Counted from the stretch's first letter, positions 39,316 through 48,972 are shown. The stretch is 64,000 nucleotides of DNA from Candidatus Uhrbacteria bacterium (GCA_016188495.1 JACPHU010000002.1:7363-71362); one strand, 5' to 3'. Notes: generated by a model not told the origin, from the sequence alone. Program-made: numbers and translations.

Positions 39316-40362
39316 ATGAAGAAAACGGTCGAGTCTGTCACACAAGGTCATCCGGACAAAATCTGCGATCAGATCGCTGATGCGATCGTGGATGAGTATT
39401 TGCGTCGGGATAAACACGCACAAGTAGATGTAAATGTTTTGGGGTCCCATGGCATGGTAATGATCGCGGGAGAGGTAACCTCTACGGCTGATTTTGATAT
39501 CGGAGCGCTTGCTCAAAAAGTGTACGAAGAGATCGGATATAAAGATGATATAGAAGTCTTTGTAAATATCGAAACGCAATCCGACGAAATGAAACGCATT
39601 ACCAATGGGGTAATGGACAACGTTGTGGTGAATGGATATGCCACACAGGAGACCCGTGAATTGTTACCAAGATCACTTGTCTATGCTCATAATCTCGCTC
39701 GTCGTTTAGATGATTTGCGAAAATCAGACCCGGCTTTTTCTTGGCTCAAACCAGATGGAAAGATACAGCTTACGATGGAGGGGGATCGTGTGTGTGCGGT
39801 GACGGTTCTTGCCTCTCATCACGTCAGTATTCAAGAGAAAGAAGTGAAGACCGCTCTATTGGATCGTTTATTGGTTCCTGTCGTGGGAGAAGAAGGCGTC
39901 CAAATATATATCAATCCTGTCGGTTCGTTTCATCAAGCAGGTTTTCGATCCGACTCAGGAGCCAGTGGTCGTAAATTAACGGTAGATACCTACGGAGGTC
40001 TTGTTCCGCAAGGAGACAAATCTCTTTCGGGGAAAGACCCCACAAAAGTAGATCGCGCCGCTGCTTACATGGCCCGGTTTGCTGCACGATTTATTGTGGA
40101 ACAAGGTCTTGCGACCTCCGCGATGGTGACATTGGTTTATTCGATGGGGCAACCGCAGCCGATTTATCTTCAAGCATTGGGAATGGGGGAAAAATCTCGA
40201 GGAAGCAAGATGGATCTCACCAATGTGTTAAAACAAACTTTCGATTTTCGTCCTCAAGCGATTGTAGAGTTTTTGGATCTGATTCAGCCGCTGTATCGCG
40301 CTACAGCGGCTTATGGACATTTTGGGAGACAGGGATTCCCTTGGGAAGATAAAGTGTTATAG
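39316..40362 (+). CDS. metK: S-adenosylmethionine synthetase
   Basis: ESVTQGHPDKICDQIADAIVD N-terminal signature; 348 aa, shorter than the typical 380-400 aa. Confidence 0.85.
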   Translation: MKKTVESVTQGHPDKICDQIADAIVDEYLRRDKHAQVDVNVLGSHGMVMIAGEVTSTADFDIGALAQKVYEEIGYKDDIEVFVNIETQSDEMKRITNGVMDNVVVNGYATQETRELLPRSLVYAHNLARRLDDLRKSDPAFSWLKPDGKIQLTMEGDRVCAVTVLASHHVSIQEKEVKTALLDRLLVPVVGEEGVQIYINPVGSFHQAGFRSDSGASGRKLTVDTYGGLVPQGDKSLSGKDPTKVDRAAAYMARFAARFIVEQGLATSAMVTLVYSMGQPQPIYLQALGMGEKSRGSKMDLTNVLKQTFDFRPQAIVEFLDLIQPLYRATAAYGHFGRQGFPWEDKVL

Positions 40363-40373
40363 TAAAATCATCT

Positions 40374-40847
40374 ATGGCAGGGAGGAAACAGCAGAAAAAA
40401 GAATCAGGTTGGTCAATCGCGATTGTGGTCGCGATTGTTTTTGTTGCGAGTTTGTTTTTGATTGTGCGATCTGCTCCGGAACAGGTGTTTGCTTTTTCTC
40501 AAGACGCAAGAGTACAGCTCACAGGTGTGACACGGTCTTCTGGATCTGTTGAAATTCAACGGCTCGATGACGTTGAAAAATCTGTTCGATATCTTTTGAG
40601 TCCCGTGTATGAAATCACGCTGACAAGCCAGGGAACGATTCAGAACGGAGAATTACTTTTTTTCTTTGAAAGAACAGCAGAACATAACCCGACGCAGGAG
40701 ATCGTTCTTTATACGTTTAATACGGATACTCTTGATTGGGAATCCATCCCTGCTTTTTTTGATTTTTCTACGCAGTCATTCACTGCGCCTATAGAATTTT
40801 CGGGCAGTCTGTTGGTTGCGGTTGGATCACGTGTTAAAAGTGAATAA
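40374..40847 (+). CDS. hypothetical membrane-anchored protein
   Basis: 157 aa; N-terminal TM helix. Confidence 0.45.
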   Translation: MAGRKQQKKESGWSIAIVVAIVFVASLFLIVRSAPEQVFAFSQDARVQLTGVTRSSGSVEIQRLDDVEKSVRYLLSPVYEITLTSQGTIQNGELLFFFERTAEHNPTQEIVLYTFNTDTLDWESIPAFFDFSTQSFTAPIEFSGSLLVAVGSRVKSE

Positions 40848-40860
40848 CTTAGGACTTCCT

Positions 40861-40979
40861 CACTTGGCGCATAGCTTTTCGAAATCTACGTTTTTTGTTC
40901 ACTGTATGTGAATACAGCTCACAAAAAGCCTCGATTTCTTCGCGCTCTGCATCCAATTGAGAAAGTCCTATAACTTCGA
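40861..40979. repeat. family-2 palindromic repeat (copy K2)
   Basis: TIR aggacttcctcacttgg/ccaattgagaaagtcct; near-identical to the copy at 23784-23901. Confidence 0.85.
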
Positions 40980-41081
40980 GAACTTTTGTTTTGTAGCTCA
41001 GAAATACGTGTGCTATAATTGAGGCAACAAATTTATAACGTTCTTTTTTCTCGAAGGGAGACCTACCGAGGAGAGAAGTCT

Positions 41082-41585
41082 ATGTCAACCAAAACACAAA
41101 TCGATTCCGCAATCCCTGAGATGAAAACCGTAAAGAAACCGGTGGCTAAAAAGAGTCTTGCTGCGAAAAAGAAATCGCCAGTGAAAAAGACCGTAAACAC
41201 AACAAAGCCATCTGTAAAAAAAGCTTCGCCAAAGAAGGTTTCTTCCAAAAAAACCGTTGTCAAAAAAAGTGGTTCCATCTCCATTGCCAAAGAAGAGCCC
41301 ATGATGTTCTCGGCTCCATCAGTTGCTATTTTAGAAAACGAAATTCATCATGCGAACAAGCCCGTTGAAATTCAACGGAAGATCATTTTAGTGGGTACCT
41401 GTCGTAACTGCGATCATATGCCCATGGGAGTAAATAAGCTCGTAGCCGTGTTGTCTCTTGCTATCGCCCTTCTTTCAGGAATGCTTATTTATTCTTCTTC
41501 TCCCATGCAATTTAGAATGCCGTCTCTTTCTATGAACTCGCTGACGCAGTGGGTGACTCCGAATTCTCATGTCAAAAATTTGTAA
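41082..41585 (+). CDS. Lys-rich (histone-H1-tail-like) protein with C-terminal TM helix
   Basis: KKPVAKKSLAAKKKSPVKKTVNTTKPSVKKASPKKVSSKKTVVKK repeats followed by a hydrophobic C-terminal segment; aggagag RBS before ATG 41082. Confidence 0.5.
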   Translation: MSTKTQIDSAIPEMKTVKKPVAKKSLAAKKKSPVKKTVNTTKPSVKKASPKKVSSKKTVVKKSGSISIAKEEPMMFSAPSVAILENEIHHANKPVEIQRKIILVGTCRNCDHMPMGVNKLVAVLSLAIALLSGMLIYSSSPMQFRMPSLSMNSLTQWVTPNSHVKNL

Positions 41586-41587
41586 AT

Positions 41588-42193
41588 ATGAAACGATCGT
41601 TTCTCGCTCTCTCAGGTCTCTTTCTTCTTTTGGGAGCCGGATGTACTCCAGCCGCGCAAGAGTCATCTTCAATCACTTTTACCTATCCAGATTCTGTGGA
41701 ACAAACAACGCAAAACCCAACATGGACGTTTCCTGGTACGCTTCCAGAAGCGCAAATTCAACAGAAGCAAATCCGTCTTTCAACGAGCAAAGGCGAGATC
41801 GTCTTTGAGCTTTTTGACGATACCGCTCCCCAAACCGTTTCAAATTTTGTGTACCTCACCCAAGGCGGATTTTATAACGGTCTTACGTTTCATCGTCGCG
41901 AAGAAGGATTCGTTATTCAAGGAGGAGATCCAAATGGAAACGGCACTGGTGGTCCAGGATATAAGTTTTCCGATGAATTGAATGATTCCTACACCTACGA
42001 ACGAGGGATTGTGGCGATGGCCAACAGTGGTCCTAATACAAACGGTTCTCAATTTTTTATCATGTTGGATGATACACCTTTACCAAAAGCCTATTCGATC
42101 TTTGGTCGCGTGACACAAGGAATGGATGTGGTAGATACTATTGCTGTAGGGGATGTGATGACGCAAGTCACGGTTGAAGACCAAACAAAGTAA
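41588..42193 (+). CDS. ppiB: cyclophilin-type peptidyl-prolyl cis-trans isomerase, lipoprotein
   Basis: lipobox LLLGAGC; FHRREEGFVIQGGDP and GIVAMANSGPNTNGSQFFI cyclophilin motifs. Confidence 0.88.
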   Translation: MKRSFLALSGLFLLLGAGCTPAAQESSSITFTYPDSVEQTTQNPTWTFPGTLPEAQIQQKQIRLSTSKGEIVFELFDDTAPQTVSNFVYLTQGGFYNGLTFHRREEGFVIQGGDPNGNGTGGPGYKFSDELNDSYTYERGIVAMANSGPNTNGSQFFIMLDDTPLPKAYSIFGRVTQGMDVVDTIAVGDVMTQVTVEDQTK

Positions 42194-42218
42194 TACAGAA
42201 AAAAATAAGAAAGAAGTA

Positions 42219-42248
42219 AAAACACAGAGCATAAAACTCTGTGTTTTT
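42219..42248 (+). terminator. rho-independent terminator after the PPIase gene
   Basis: aaaaacacagagc...gctctgtgttttt. Confidence 0.6.
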
Positions 42249-42262
42249 GATTCAAGGAAAAC

Positions 42263-42292
42263 AAAAAACCGCCAAACACGTTTTGGCGGTTA
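42263..42292 (-). terminator. rho-independent terminator of ORF 42308-43150
   Basis: aaccgccaaaacgtgtttggcggtt hairpin with a T-run on the minus strand. Confidence 0.55.
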
Positions 42293-42307
42293 CAAGGCGC
42301 ACGAGAG

Positions 42308-43150
42308 TTACCTCGCGAATACCTCCATTCGGGCGGCGATCTTGCCGGAGAGTTCATGGAGTTCTTTCTGATGTTCCACAATCTCCGTAAGACGTCCGTC
42401 GATCTGATCAACGATTTCGTCTGCGGATCGGTTTGCTCCAATGGAAGTTCCGAGTTTTCCTTCCAACAAAAGCCTGCGCGCGTATTCCATGTTGTCGCAC
42501 AGATACTTTTCATCTGCTCGCAGTTCCGCGATCAGACTCGCGATATCTTCCAAAGGAATGAGTCCAAGCTCTGCCTGGTCGATCAGGCGATTGATCATCT
42601 TCACATTGAAATCCCAAGCTTCCATGTTGTGGAAGAAGGAACGCAAGGCAGGAAGACGATCGTCTTGGAGTTCTCTTGGGCTTTTGAGTTCCTCTGCTTT
42701 CAATTTGAGCATTTGTCCGTATCGATAGATCCAATGAGGGAATCCGAAGGTTTTCCAGATGATTGTTGACAGCATCGTTATTTCTTTAAAACGTACCGAT
42801 GAATCTTCCTCAGGATAGATCGACTTGCGAATGCGAATACCTCCAGGTGTGACCTTTCTGTTATCCTCATATATACACACGAGAATTTGAGAAATCCAGA
42901 ACAATAGTATAAGAATCCAGGTCCACATTGGAAGATCAAGAATAAAAATGAGACATGGACCCAATGCGTTGACGCTCAAATAACAGAGGATAAGTCCGAA
43001 GGCATCATCTTCCTTAAATTTTTCCCATTTTTTAAGACATGCTTTTCGTTCGTTTTCTGTTTCCTCGGCCAATTCAATGGCGTTCTTTGCTTGGATAAGT
43101 TCGTGAGGAAGGCGTTCTTTCAAGGCAAGAAATTTTTCCGGAAGTTCCAC
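42308..43150 (-). CDS. hypothetical membrane protein
   Basis: 280 aa with central TM helices. Confidence 0.45.
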   Translation of the reverse strand: MELPEKFLALKERLPHELIQAKNAIELAEETENERKACLKKWEKFKEDDAFGLILCYLSVNALGPCLIFILDLPMWTWILILLFWISQILVCIYEDNRKVTPGGIRIRKSIYPEEDSSVRFKEITMLSTIIWKTFGFPHWIYRYGQMLKLKAEELKSPRELQDDRLPALRSFFHNMEAWDFNVKMINRLIDQAELGLIPLEDIASLIAELRADEKYLCDNMEYARRLLLEGKLGTSIGANRSADEIVDQIDGRLTEIVEHQKELHELSGKIAARMEVFAR

Positions 43151-43295
43151 GTGGTTCTCCTTTTGAGGTGTGGGGATTGATGTAAAGAACGACTTTAGAA
43201 ACTACTGTAAAACAACCCAAACGTCAATGGTTTAACAAAAATCCGCCTCATCTTTTTTGAAGATTTGGCGGAATAGATTCCTCCTGACGCACAGG

Positions 43296-43829
43296 TTACT
43301 GATGGTTAGTACCTGTTTTTTTGATCGTGGGTTTTGCACCTGTGGCTTGCGCAACGGGCGGGGCTGTAATCAGTTTCAGACCAGATTCCCCAGTAATCTC
43401 CTGGAGAATCTTTCGAGAGGAACAATGTATATCAGGACAACGTCCTTCTGTTCGCGGGACGTGTTTTTCACACTCGATGCATTTCCAGTCTCGATGAGAC
43501 GCCGTTTTTTTCCGGTGGCACCATTCCATCCACCAAGCCGTCAGTGCAAGCGTTTCCTCCGTTTCTTCAGACAAGTCCTTCAGAAGATCGTTCTTTTGAG
43601 GAACTAACTGATAGAAGGGTATTTGGTTTGGAGTCAATCGTAGAATTTGGATCTCTCCTTCAAAGAGACAGGATACAAGCGGGTGTAAACGCATCCACAA
43701 CACAGAGGGAAGTTCTTTTGGCGTAAGAACATGTCCTATTCCACCATAAATATGGGTGAATTCCATCCCGTCTTGATCCATCTTTATTTGGAGAGGGAAA
43801 AGGGTGATACCACGGGTTTGTGTACTCAT
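43296..43829 (-). CDS. hypothetical Cys-rich protein
   Basis: 177 aa; CxxC...C cluster near the C-terminus (CIECEKH...CPDIHC). Confidence 0.4.
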   Translation of the reverse strand: MSTQTRGITLFPLQIKMDQDGMEFTHIYGGIGHVLTPKELPSVLWMRLHPLVSCLFEGEIQILRLTPNQIPFYQLVPQKNDLLKDLSEETEETLALTAWWMEWCHRKKTASHRDWKCIECEKHVPRTEGRCPDIHCSSRKILQEITGESGLKLITAPPVAQATGAKPTIKKTGTNHQ

Positions 43830-43875
43830 GCGTCTCCTATCTGTGGTGAGTGCCAGAACCTGTTATAATACTAAC

Positions 43876-45276
43876 ATGCAAGGAACAATAAGTGAAAAAA
43901 CATTCTATCAATATCTCAAGTGCCCAAATTGGGTGTATTTTGACGCATACGCGCAAGCTGCCCGTCCGCATGATGCACTGATGTCTAAGCTTCAAGACGA
44001 CGGACTTATCGAAGAAAAAGAACGGGATCTTCTTACGGATCGTCAGGATTTGGTTGAAGTGACCGCTGAAGATCCTGACGAAGCGTTTGCTCAAACGCTG
44101 ACGTTTATGCGTGAGGCGCGCCAGACGATTTATCATGGAGTGCTCGTGGATAAACATTGGGTAGGGCATCCTGATATTTTAGAGAAAGTTGAGGGACGCT
44201 CTCACTTGGGGAATTATTACTATGTTGCCGCTGATATTAAACGATCTCGAGAAGTTCGTGATGATTATAAGTTTCAGGGATGTTTTTATGCCGAGCTTTT
44301 GGAACGTATTCAGGGCGTTAAGCCTGTTCAGGGATACATCCTAACACCCGAGAATCAGAGTCTGTCTTATTTAATTGAAGAGTTTGAGGCCAAGTATGAA
44401 CTGACACTGACCGAAATCGAGAAGATTATTGCCGGCAAACGTCCGGCACATTTTGTGACTTCAGGATGTAAGCAGTCGCCTTGGTACAAAGAATGCCGGC
44501 ACGAATCGGAGAGTTGCGAAGATCTTTCTTTATTGAACCGCGTCTGGCGGGACGAAGTGTCTAAACTCGAAGAAGCGGGGATTAAGACGATTGGACAGCT
44601 TGCCCTGAAATCTATTCCGGAATTAGAAAAGATTGCACCAGAGGTCAGTTCTTCTCGTCTTGAAATGATGCGCGACCAAGCCATCGCGATTAAAGAAAAT
44701 CGTTATATTATTCGTGGAACGGTAGATTTGCCAGAGTCCAATATTGAACTCTATTTTGATATTGAAAGCGATCCGTTGCGTGATTTTGATTACTTGTTTG
44801 GAGTTTTGGAAGTAACCCCGCAAGGAGAGCACTATCATTCTTTTTTTGCTCAGACTCCTGAACAAGAGGGAGCGATGTGGGCAGAGTTCGTTCAATTCAT
44901 TGAACGCCATATCGATGCGCCGATCTATCATTATGGCTGGTTTGAAGAAGAAGTCGTTCATCGATTCGCTGCCAAATATGGTATCGGAGAAATAGCTCGT
45001 GAAGCCCTTGAACGTAACATGATCGATCTTCTTTCCGTGATTCGTCCGGCTATTATTTTCCCCCTCTCTTTCTATTCATTGAAAGACATTGCTGGGTATA
45101 TTGGGTTTGAATGGCGGAGCAAAGATGCCTCTGGGGCTAATTCCGTTGTCTGGTTTGAAGAGTGGCTTCAGAAAAAGAGTCCGAAACTTATTCAGAAGAT
45201 TTTGGAATATAATGAAGATGATGTCCGCGCAACGTATCGGCTTCAACGTTGGGTACGCGAACATGTGATGTTATGA
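43876..45276 (+). CDS. RecB-family nuclease of the TM0106 type (Cas4-like PD-(D/E)xK N-domain plus RNase-H-like C-domain)
   Basis: N-terminal ISEKTFYQYLKCPNWVYFD resembles the Cas4/DUF83 start; a 4-Cys cluster in the middle; C-terminal YFDIESDP exonuclease-like motif; the start coordinate is approximate because the ORF track and my base count differ by 1 nt. Confidence 0.45.
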   Translation: MQGTISEKTFYQYLKCPNWVYFDAYAQAARPHDALMSKLQDDGLIEEKERDLLTDRQDLVEVTAEDPDEAFAQTLTFMREARQTIYHGVLVDKHWVGHPDILEKVEGRSHLGNYYYVAADIKRSREVRDDYKFQGCFYAELLERIQGVKPVQGYILTPENQSLSYLIEEFEAKYELTLTEIEKIIAGKRPAHFVTSGCKQSPWYKECRHESESCEDLSLLNRVWRDEVSKLEEAGIKTIGQLALKSIPELEKIAPEVSSSRLEMMRDQAIAIKENRYIIRGTVDLPESNIELYFDIESDPLRDFDYLFGVLEVTPQGEHYHSFFAQTPEQEGAMWAEFVQFIERHIDAPIYHYGWFEEEVVHRFAAKYGIGEIAREALERNMIDLLSVIRPAIIFPLSFYSLKDIAGYIGFEWRSKDASGANSVVWFEEWLQKKSPKLIQKILEYNEDDVRATYRLQRWVREHVML

Positions 45277-45617
45277 AACACCCGTTTCTTTTATTCACTA
45301 TTTTTCTTCTCCTGATCTTGATCGCTTTTCTTTTTTGGAAAAAGCCTTTTTCAGAACCGATGGAACAGAGCGCTCCACCTGCACAAGAATCTGTGAGGAC
45401 ACCTCCTGTAGATCAGTCAACATCGACAGAACTTACACCGTCTTCTTGTGAAGATTCCGGAGGCCGTTGGAATGAGTGCGGTTCGGCGTGCCGTACGCAG
45501 CCGGGGGTTCCTTGTATTGAGCTATGCGTTCCTTATTGCGAATGTCAGGCTTCCAATGAATGTCCTACGGGATTTTCCTGTACAGATTTTGTTCAAGGAA
45601 TAGGTATTTGTGTATGA
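45249..45617 (+). CDS. small secreted Cys-rich hypothetical protein
   Basis: 122 aa; signal/TM start; nine Cys in the C-terminal 60 aa. Confidence 0.35.
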   Translation: MGTRTCDVMKHPFLLFTIFLLLILIAFLFWKKPFSEPMEQSAPPAQESVRTPPVDQSTSTELTPSSCEDSGGRWNECGSACRTQPGVPCIELCVPYCECQASNECPTGFSCTDFVQGIGICV

Positions 45618-46534
45618 ATACATTTCGAAAAGGTTCTATCATTTTTATCGTAATCATCGCCGTTGCTGGGGGGCTTTATGTTCAGCGTGCACAGATTTTG
45701 GAGCGGTATAGAGCTATGAGCAAGCCCGCGTTGCCTGTTCCGGTAGAGTATCAAGAGATGCTTCTCCAGGAACAAAAAGAGAGAAAAGAAAAAGAAACAT
45801 TTGAAGATTCAATCCCTCAAGAACAGGAAGAAGTAACAGAAGAATTAACAGAAGATGAGGAAAATATTCCCTCTGAGCAAGAGGTACCTATTGTTGAGGA
45901 GGAAGTCGTCCCAACCCAACCTCAGGAACCTGTGCCTGTAGAGGAACCCGAAATCGTTCCTTCCTCCCTTAATTTAGCGGTCCCTTTTACCTCCCAAGCT
46001 CCTCATGGAAATTGGGATGAGCCTTATCAAGAAGCCTGCGAAGAAGCCAGTCTGTATATGGTTCAACAGTATTATGTCGGACAACCTGAAGGGAATATCG
46101 ACGCGGATCGCGCAGATGCAGATTTGCTCAATATCGTTGCTTTTGAGCGGGAACTTTTTGGATATTATGAAGATACAACAGCACAACAGACGGGCTTATT
46201 AGCGGAAGCCATGTTTGGACTCACTGCCAGACTTATTCAAGATCCATCCGTTGACGATATTAAAAATGAGCTCGCACTTGGGCACCCTGTGATTGTTCCA
46301 GCCGCAGGTCGTTTATTGGGAAATCCTTATTTTACCGCTCCCGGTCCTCTCTATCACATGCTTGTTATTCGCGGATATACCACTGACAATCAGTTCATTG
46401 TCAACGATCCGGGAACTTCCCGTGGAGAAGCATTTTTGTACGATGTTGATACCCTTTTTTATGCCATGCATGATTGGAATAATGGAGAGGAAATCACTCA
46501 GGGAGCAAAAACCGTCTTAATTCTTTCTCCCTAA
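45560..46534 (+). CDS. membrane-anchored protein with C39-like (papain-fold) peptidase domain
   Basis: VPFTSQAPHGNWDEPYQEACEEASLYMV resembles Peptidase_C39_2 with a candidate catalytic Cys; acidic linker after the N-terminal TM helix. Confidence 0.4.
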   Translation: MSYGIFLYRFCSRNRYLCMNTFRKGSIIFIVIIAVAGGLYVQRAQILERYRAMSKPALPVPVEYQEMLLQEQKERKEKETFEDSIPQEQEEVTEELTEDEENIPSEQEVPIVEEEVVPTQPQEPVPVEEPEIVPSSLNLAVPFTSQAPHGNWDEPYQEACEEASLYMVQQYYVGQPEGNIDADRADADLLNIVAFERELFGYYEDTTAQQTGLLAEAMFGLTARLIQDPSVDDIKNELALGHPVIVPAAGRLLGNPYFTAPGPLYHMLVIRGYTTDNQFIVNDPGTSRGEAFLYDVDTLFYAMHDWNNGEEITQGAKTVLILSP

Positions 46535-46563
46535 CGTTTTCCTTTTTAACGGAGTATAAATGT

Positions 46564-47037
46564 ATGTTGACCGATTATATTCTTGGAGGATCATTGGGCG
46601 GCCTCATTGCGTTTGTTTTTGCTATTCCTGCTATCGTGTTAGAAATGACTGAATCAGGCAAGGTGAAAAACGCTCCTCTCTTGGTTGATGTAAAAACGAT
46701 TTTTGGATTGAAGATTATTCATAAACACGAAGTTTTTTTTATCGGATTGCTTCTTCATCTTGTGTTTGGTTTTCTGTTTGGGATTGTCTACGTTTTGTTC
46801 GTGGAACAAGGATGGCTTTTTGTCACACATGCTCCTTATACCGTTTTTTCTCTTGTTGTCTTTGCTTTTTTAAGTTGGGTTGTTGTAGGGGTGATTATTT
46901 ATCCGTTGTTAGGTTTAGGTATTTTTGGATTAAAAGAAGGTCCACGTGTATGGCTTGAAACACTTACCTCTCATTTGATTTTAGCTTTTTCTTTGTGGCT
47001 TTTAGTACGGTATTTTCAGCCATTCTTTTTTAATTAG
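46564..47037 (+). CDS. hypothetical polytopic membrane protein
   Basis: 157 aa, four to five TM helices. Confidence 0.45.
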   Translation: MLTDYILGGSLGGLIAFVFAIPAIVLEMTESGKVKNAPLLVDVKTIFGLKIIHKHEVFFIGLLLHLVFGFLFGIVYVLFVEQGWLFVTHAPYTVFSLVVFAFLSWVVVGVIIYPLLGLGIFGLKEGPRVWLETLTSHLILAFSLWLLVRYFQPFFFN

Positions 47038-47158
47038 GACTTTCTCATTTGGCGATCTACTTGCGCTTCGCCCATAAAAACCTGCGTCGTATATCTGTAT
47101 ACGCCTCCGGTTTTTATGGACTCCAGCGCGGCGCATCTCATCCAAATGAGAAAGTCCT
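47036..47158. repeat. family-2-related palindromic repeat (copy K3, divergent interior)
   Basis: TIR aggactttctcatttgg/ccaaatgagaaagtcct matches K1/K2 termini; the interior differs. Confidence 0.7.
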
Positions 47159-47181
47159 ATTAATCCTCCATTATAGCAAGC

Positions 47182-48390
47182 ATGTCAGCACAGGTTATTT
47201 CCGTTGGTGAGTACTTAGAGCTCGTCAATCAGACATTAAAATATATTCCTTCCGCAACCCTTCAGGTAGAAGGGGAGGTTTCTGATTATCGAGTGGCTCA
47301 AGGAAAGTGGGTGAGTTTTGATTTGAAAGATGAAACTACAGAGGCTGTATTGAAGTGTTTTATGACCACCTGGCAGCTCAAGACGCCTTTGGAGGATGGA
47401 ATGCGTGTACAGGTCAAAGGGTATCCCAAAGTGTATGAACGTTTTGGAACGTTTAAAATGAACGTTCAAGAGGTTGAGTTGGTAGGCGAAGGGGCTTTGC
47501 GCCGCGCTTATGAACTTTTAAAAAAGAAACTTGAGACCGAAGGGTTATTTGAAATTTCTCGAAAGCGACCCTTAACCAGATTTCCCCAGCGAATCGGTCT
47601 TATTACTTCTCGCGATGCCGCGGCTTACGGAGATTTTATTCGTATTCTGAATAATCGTTGGGGAGGCGTTCATTTGTTATTTGCCCATGTTCACGTGCAA
47701 GGCAAAGAGGCTGTGGGGGAAATCGTAGAGGCATTCTCTTTTTTTAATAAGCTTTCTCAAGAAGAACGACCCGATGTGCTCGTATTGACCCGAGGCGGGG
47801 GAGGTCTTGAAGATCTCCATGCGTTTAATGATGAAGAGGTCGCGCGTGCGATCTACGCGTCTGTTATTCCCGTGGTGTGTGCTGTTGGGCACGAACGCGA
47901 TGAATCGCTCGCGGATTTTGTGGCCGACGTCCGTGCCTCCACTCCTTCTAATGCAGCGGAGAGAGTTGTTCCTTCTCGCCAGGATGTTCTCTATGAAATT
48001 GAGACGTTGACTCGACATATGGAATCCCGTCTATCTGATGTGATCCAAGATTTTAGTTATGTGATTGAACGGGCCACTCAGTTAATCGGATTTATTCTTG
48101 AACAACAAAAACAACATCTTGCACGTGCAACGGAAGGGGTTGTTTTGACCACTCAGCAATGGCTTACGCGTCTGGATGCCAAGCGCGAAGCTGCCCAAAG
48201 GTTGTTGCGTCAAGTTGATCCAAAGCGTGTGCTTGCCAGAGGGTATAGTCTGGTTTTTTCTGATGGAATGGTTGTGAAAGAAGCAGAACAACTTGAAGTT
48301 GGGGGCGAAATTACGGTACAATTTGCCACAAGCCTCGCTGACGCACGGGTAGTAAGGATTAATGGAAGAGGGCAGCAAAAGTTGATGTAA
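47182..48390 (+). CDS. xseA: exodeoxyribonuclease VII large subunit
   Basis: N-terminal OB-fold (SVGEYLELVNQTL...VEGEVS) and the catalytic domain pattern of XseA. Confidence 0.85.
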   Translation: MSAQVISVGEYLELVNQTLKYIPSATLQVEGEVSDYRVAQGKWVSFDLKDETTEAVLKCFMTTWQLKTPLEDGMRVQVKGYPKVYERFGTFKMNVQEVELVGEGALRRAYELLKKKLETEGLFEISRKRPLTRFPQRIGLITSRDAAAYGDFIRILNNRWGGVHLLFAHVHVQGKEAVGEIVEAFSFFNKLSQEERPDVLVLTRGGGGLEDLHAFNDEEVARAIYASVIPVVCAVGHERDESLADFVADVRASTPSNAAERVVPSRQDVLYEIETLTRHMESRLSDVIQDFSYVIERATQLIGFILEQQKQHLARATEGVVLTTQQWLTRLDAKREAAQRLLRQVDPKRVLARGYSLVFSDGMVVKEAEQLEVGGEITVQFATSLADARVVRINGRGQQKLM

Positions 48391-48399
48391 CTAAAACGT

Positions 48400-48612
48400 A
48401 TGAGTGTAAAGAAAAAATCGATTCATTTTACCACCGCATTTGAGGAGCTGGAACAAATTACAAAATGGTTTGATTCAGAAGAGCAACTTGATCTGGATAT
48501 GGGGCTCAAAAAATTTGAACGAGGTCTTGAGTTGGCAGATGAGTTGAAGAAAAAACTGGTAGAAGTTGAAAATAAAGTAGAGGAAATTAAAACAAAGTTT
48601 TTAAACGAATGA
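48400..48612 (+). CDS. xseB: exodeoxyribonuclease VII small subunit
   Basis: 70 aa; FEELEQITKWFDSEEQLDLDMGLKKFERGLELADELKKKL is the XseB signature; follows xseA. Confidence 0.8.
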   Translation: MSVKKKSIHFTTAFEELEQITKWFDSEEQLDLDMGLKKFERGLELADELKKKLVEVENKVEEIKTKFLNE

Positions 48613-48618
48613 TCATTT

Positions 48619-48972
48619 ATGGCTTATCTTCTTTTTCGATGGGTCATCAATGGACTGGCCCTGCTCTTGGTTGCCAATATTGTTCCTGGGTTTGCTATTG
48701 ATTCATTTTATAGCGCATTGATTGCTTCTTTGGTCTTGGGTTTGGTTAATGCTCTGGTTCGTCCTCTGTTTTTGATCCTCACGTTGCCTGTGACCATTTT
48801 AACTCTTGGTCTTTTTACTTTCGTCATTAATGCATTCATGATTTGGCTTGTTTCAACGGTTGTCAAAGGATTTACGGTTGATGGATTTGTTCCGGCACTG
48901 TTAGCCGCTTTGCTGTTATGGGTTTGTTCTCTCATTACCAATTGGCTTATTAAACAATCTAAAGAAAGTTAA
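48619..48972 (+). CDS. DUF360 / phage-holin-family-4-like small membrane protein
   Basis: 117 aa, four TM helices; WVINGLALLLVANIVPGF pattern typical of YvlD/DUF360. Confidence 0.55.
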   Translation: MAYLLFRWVINGLALLLVANIVPGFAIDSFYSALIASLVLGLVNALVRPLFLILTLPVTILTLGLFTFVINAFMIWLVSTVVKGFTVDGFVPALLAALLLWVCSLITNWLIKQSKES

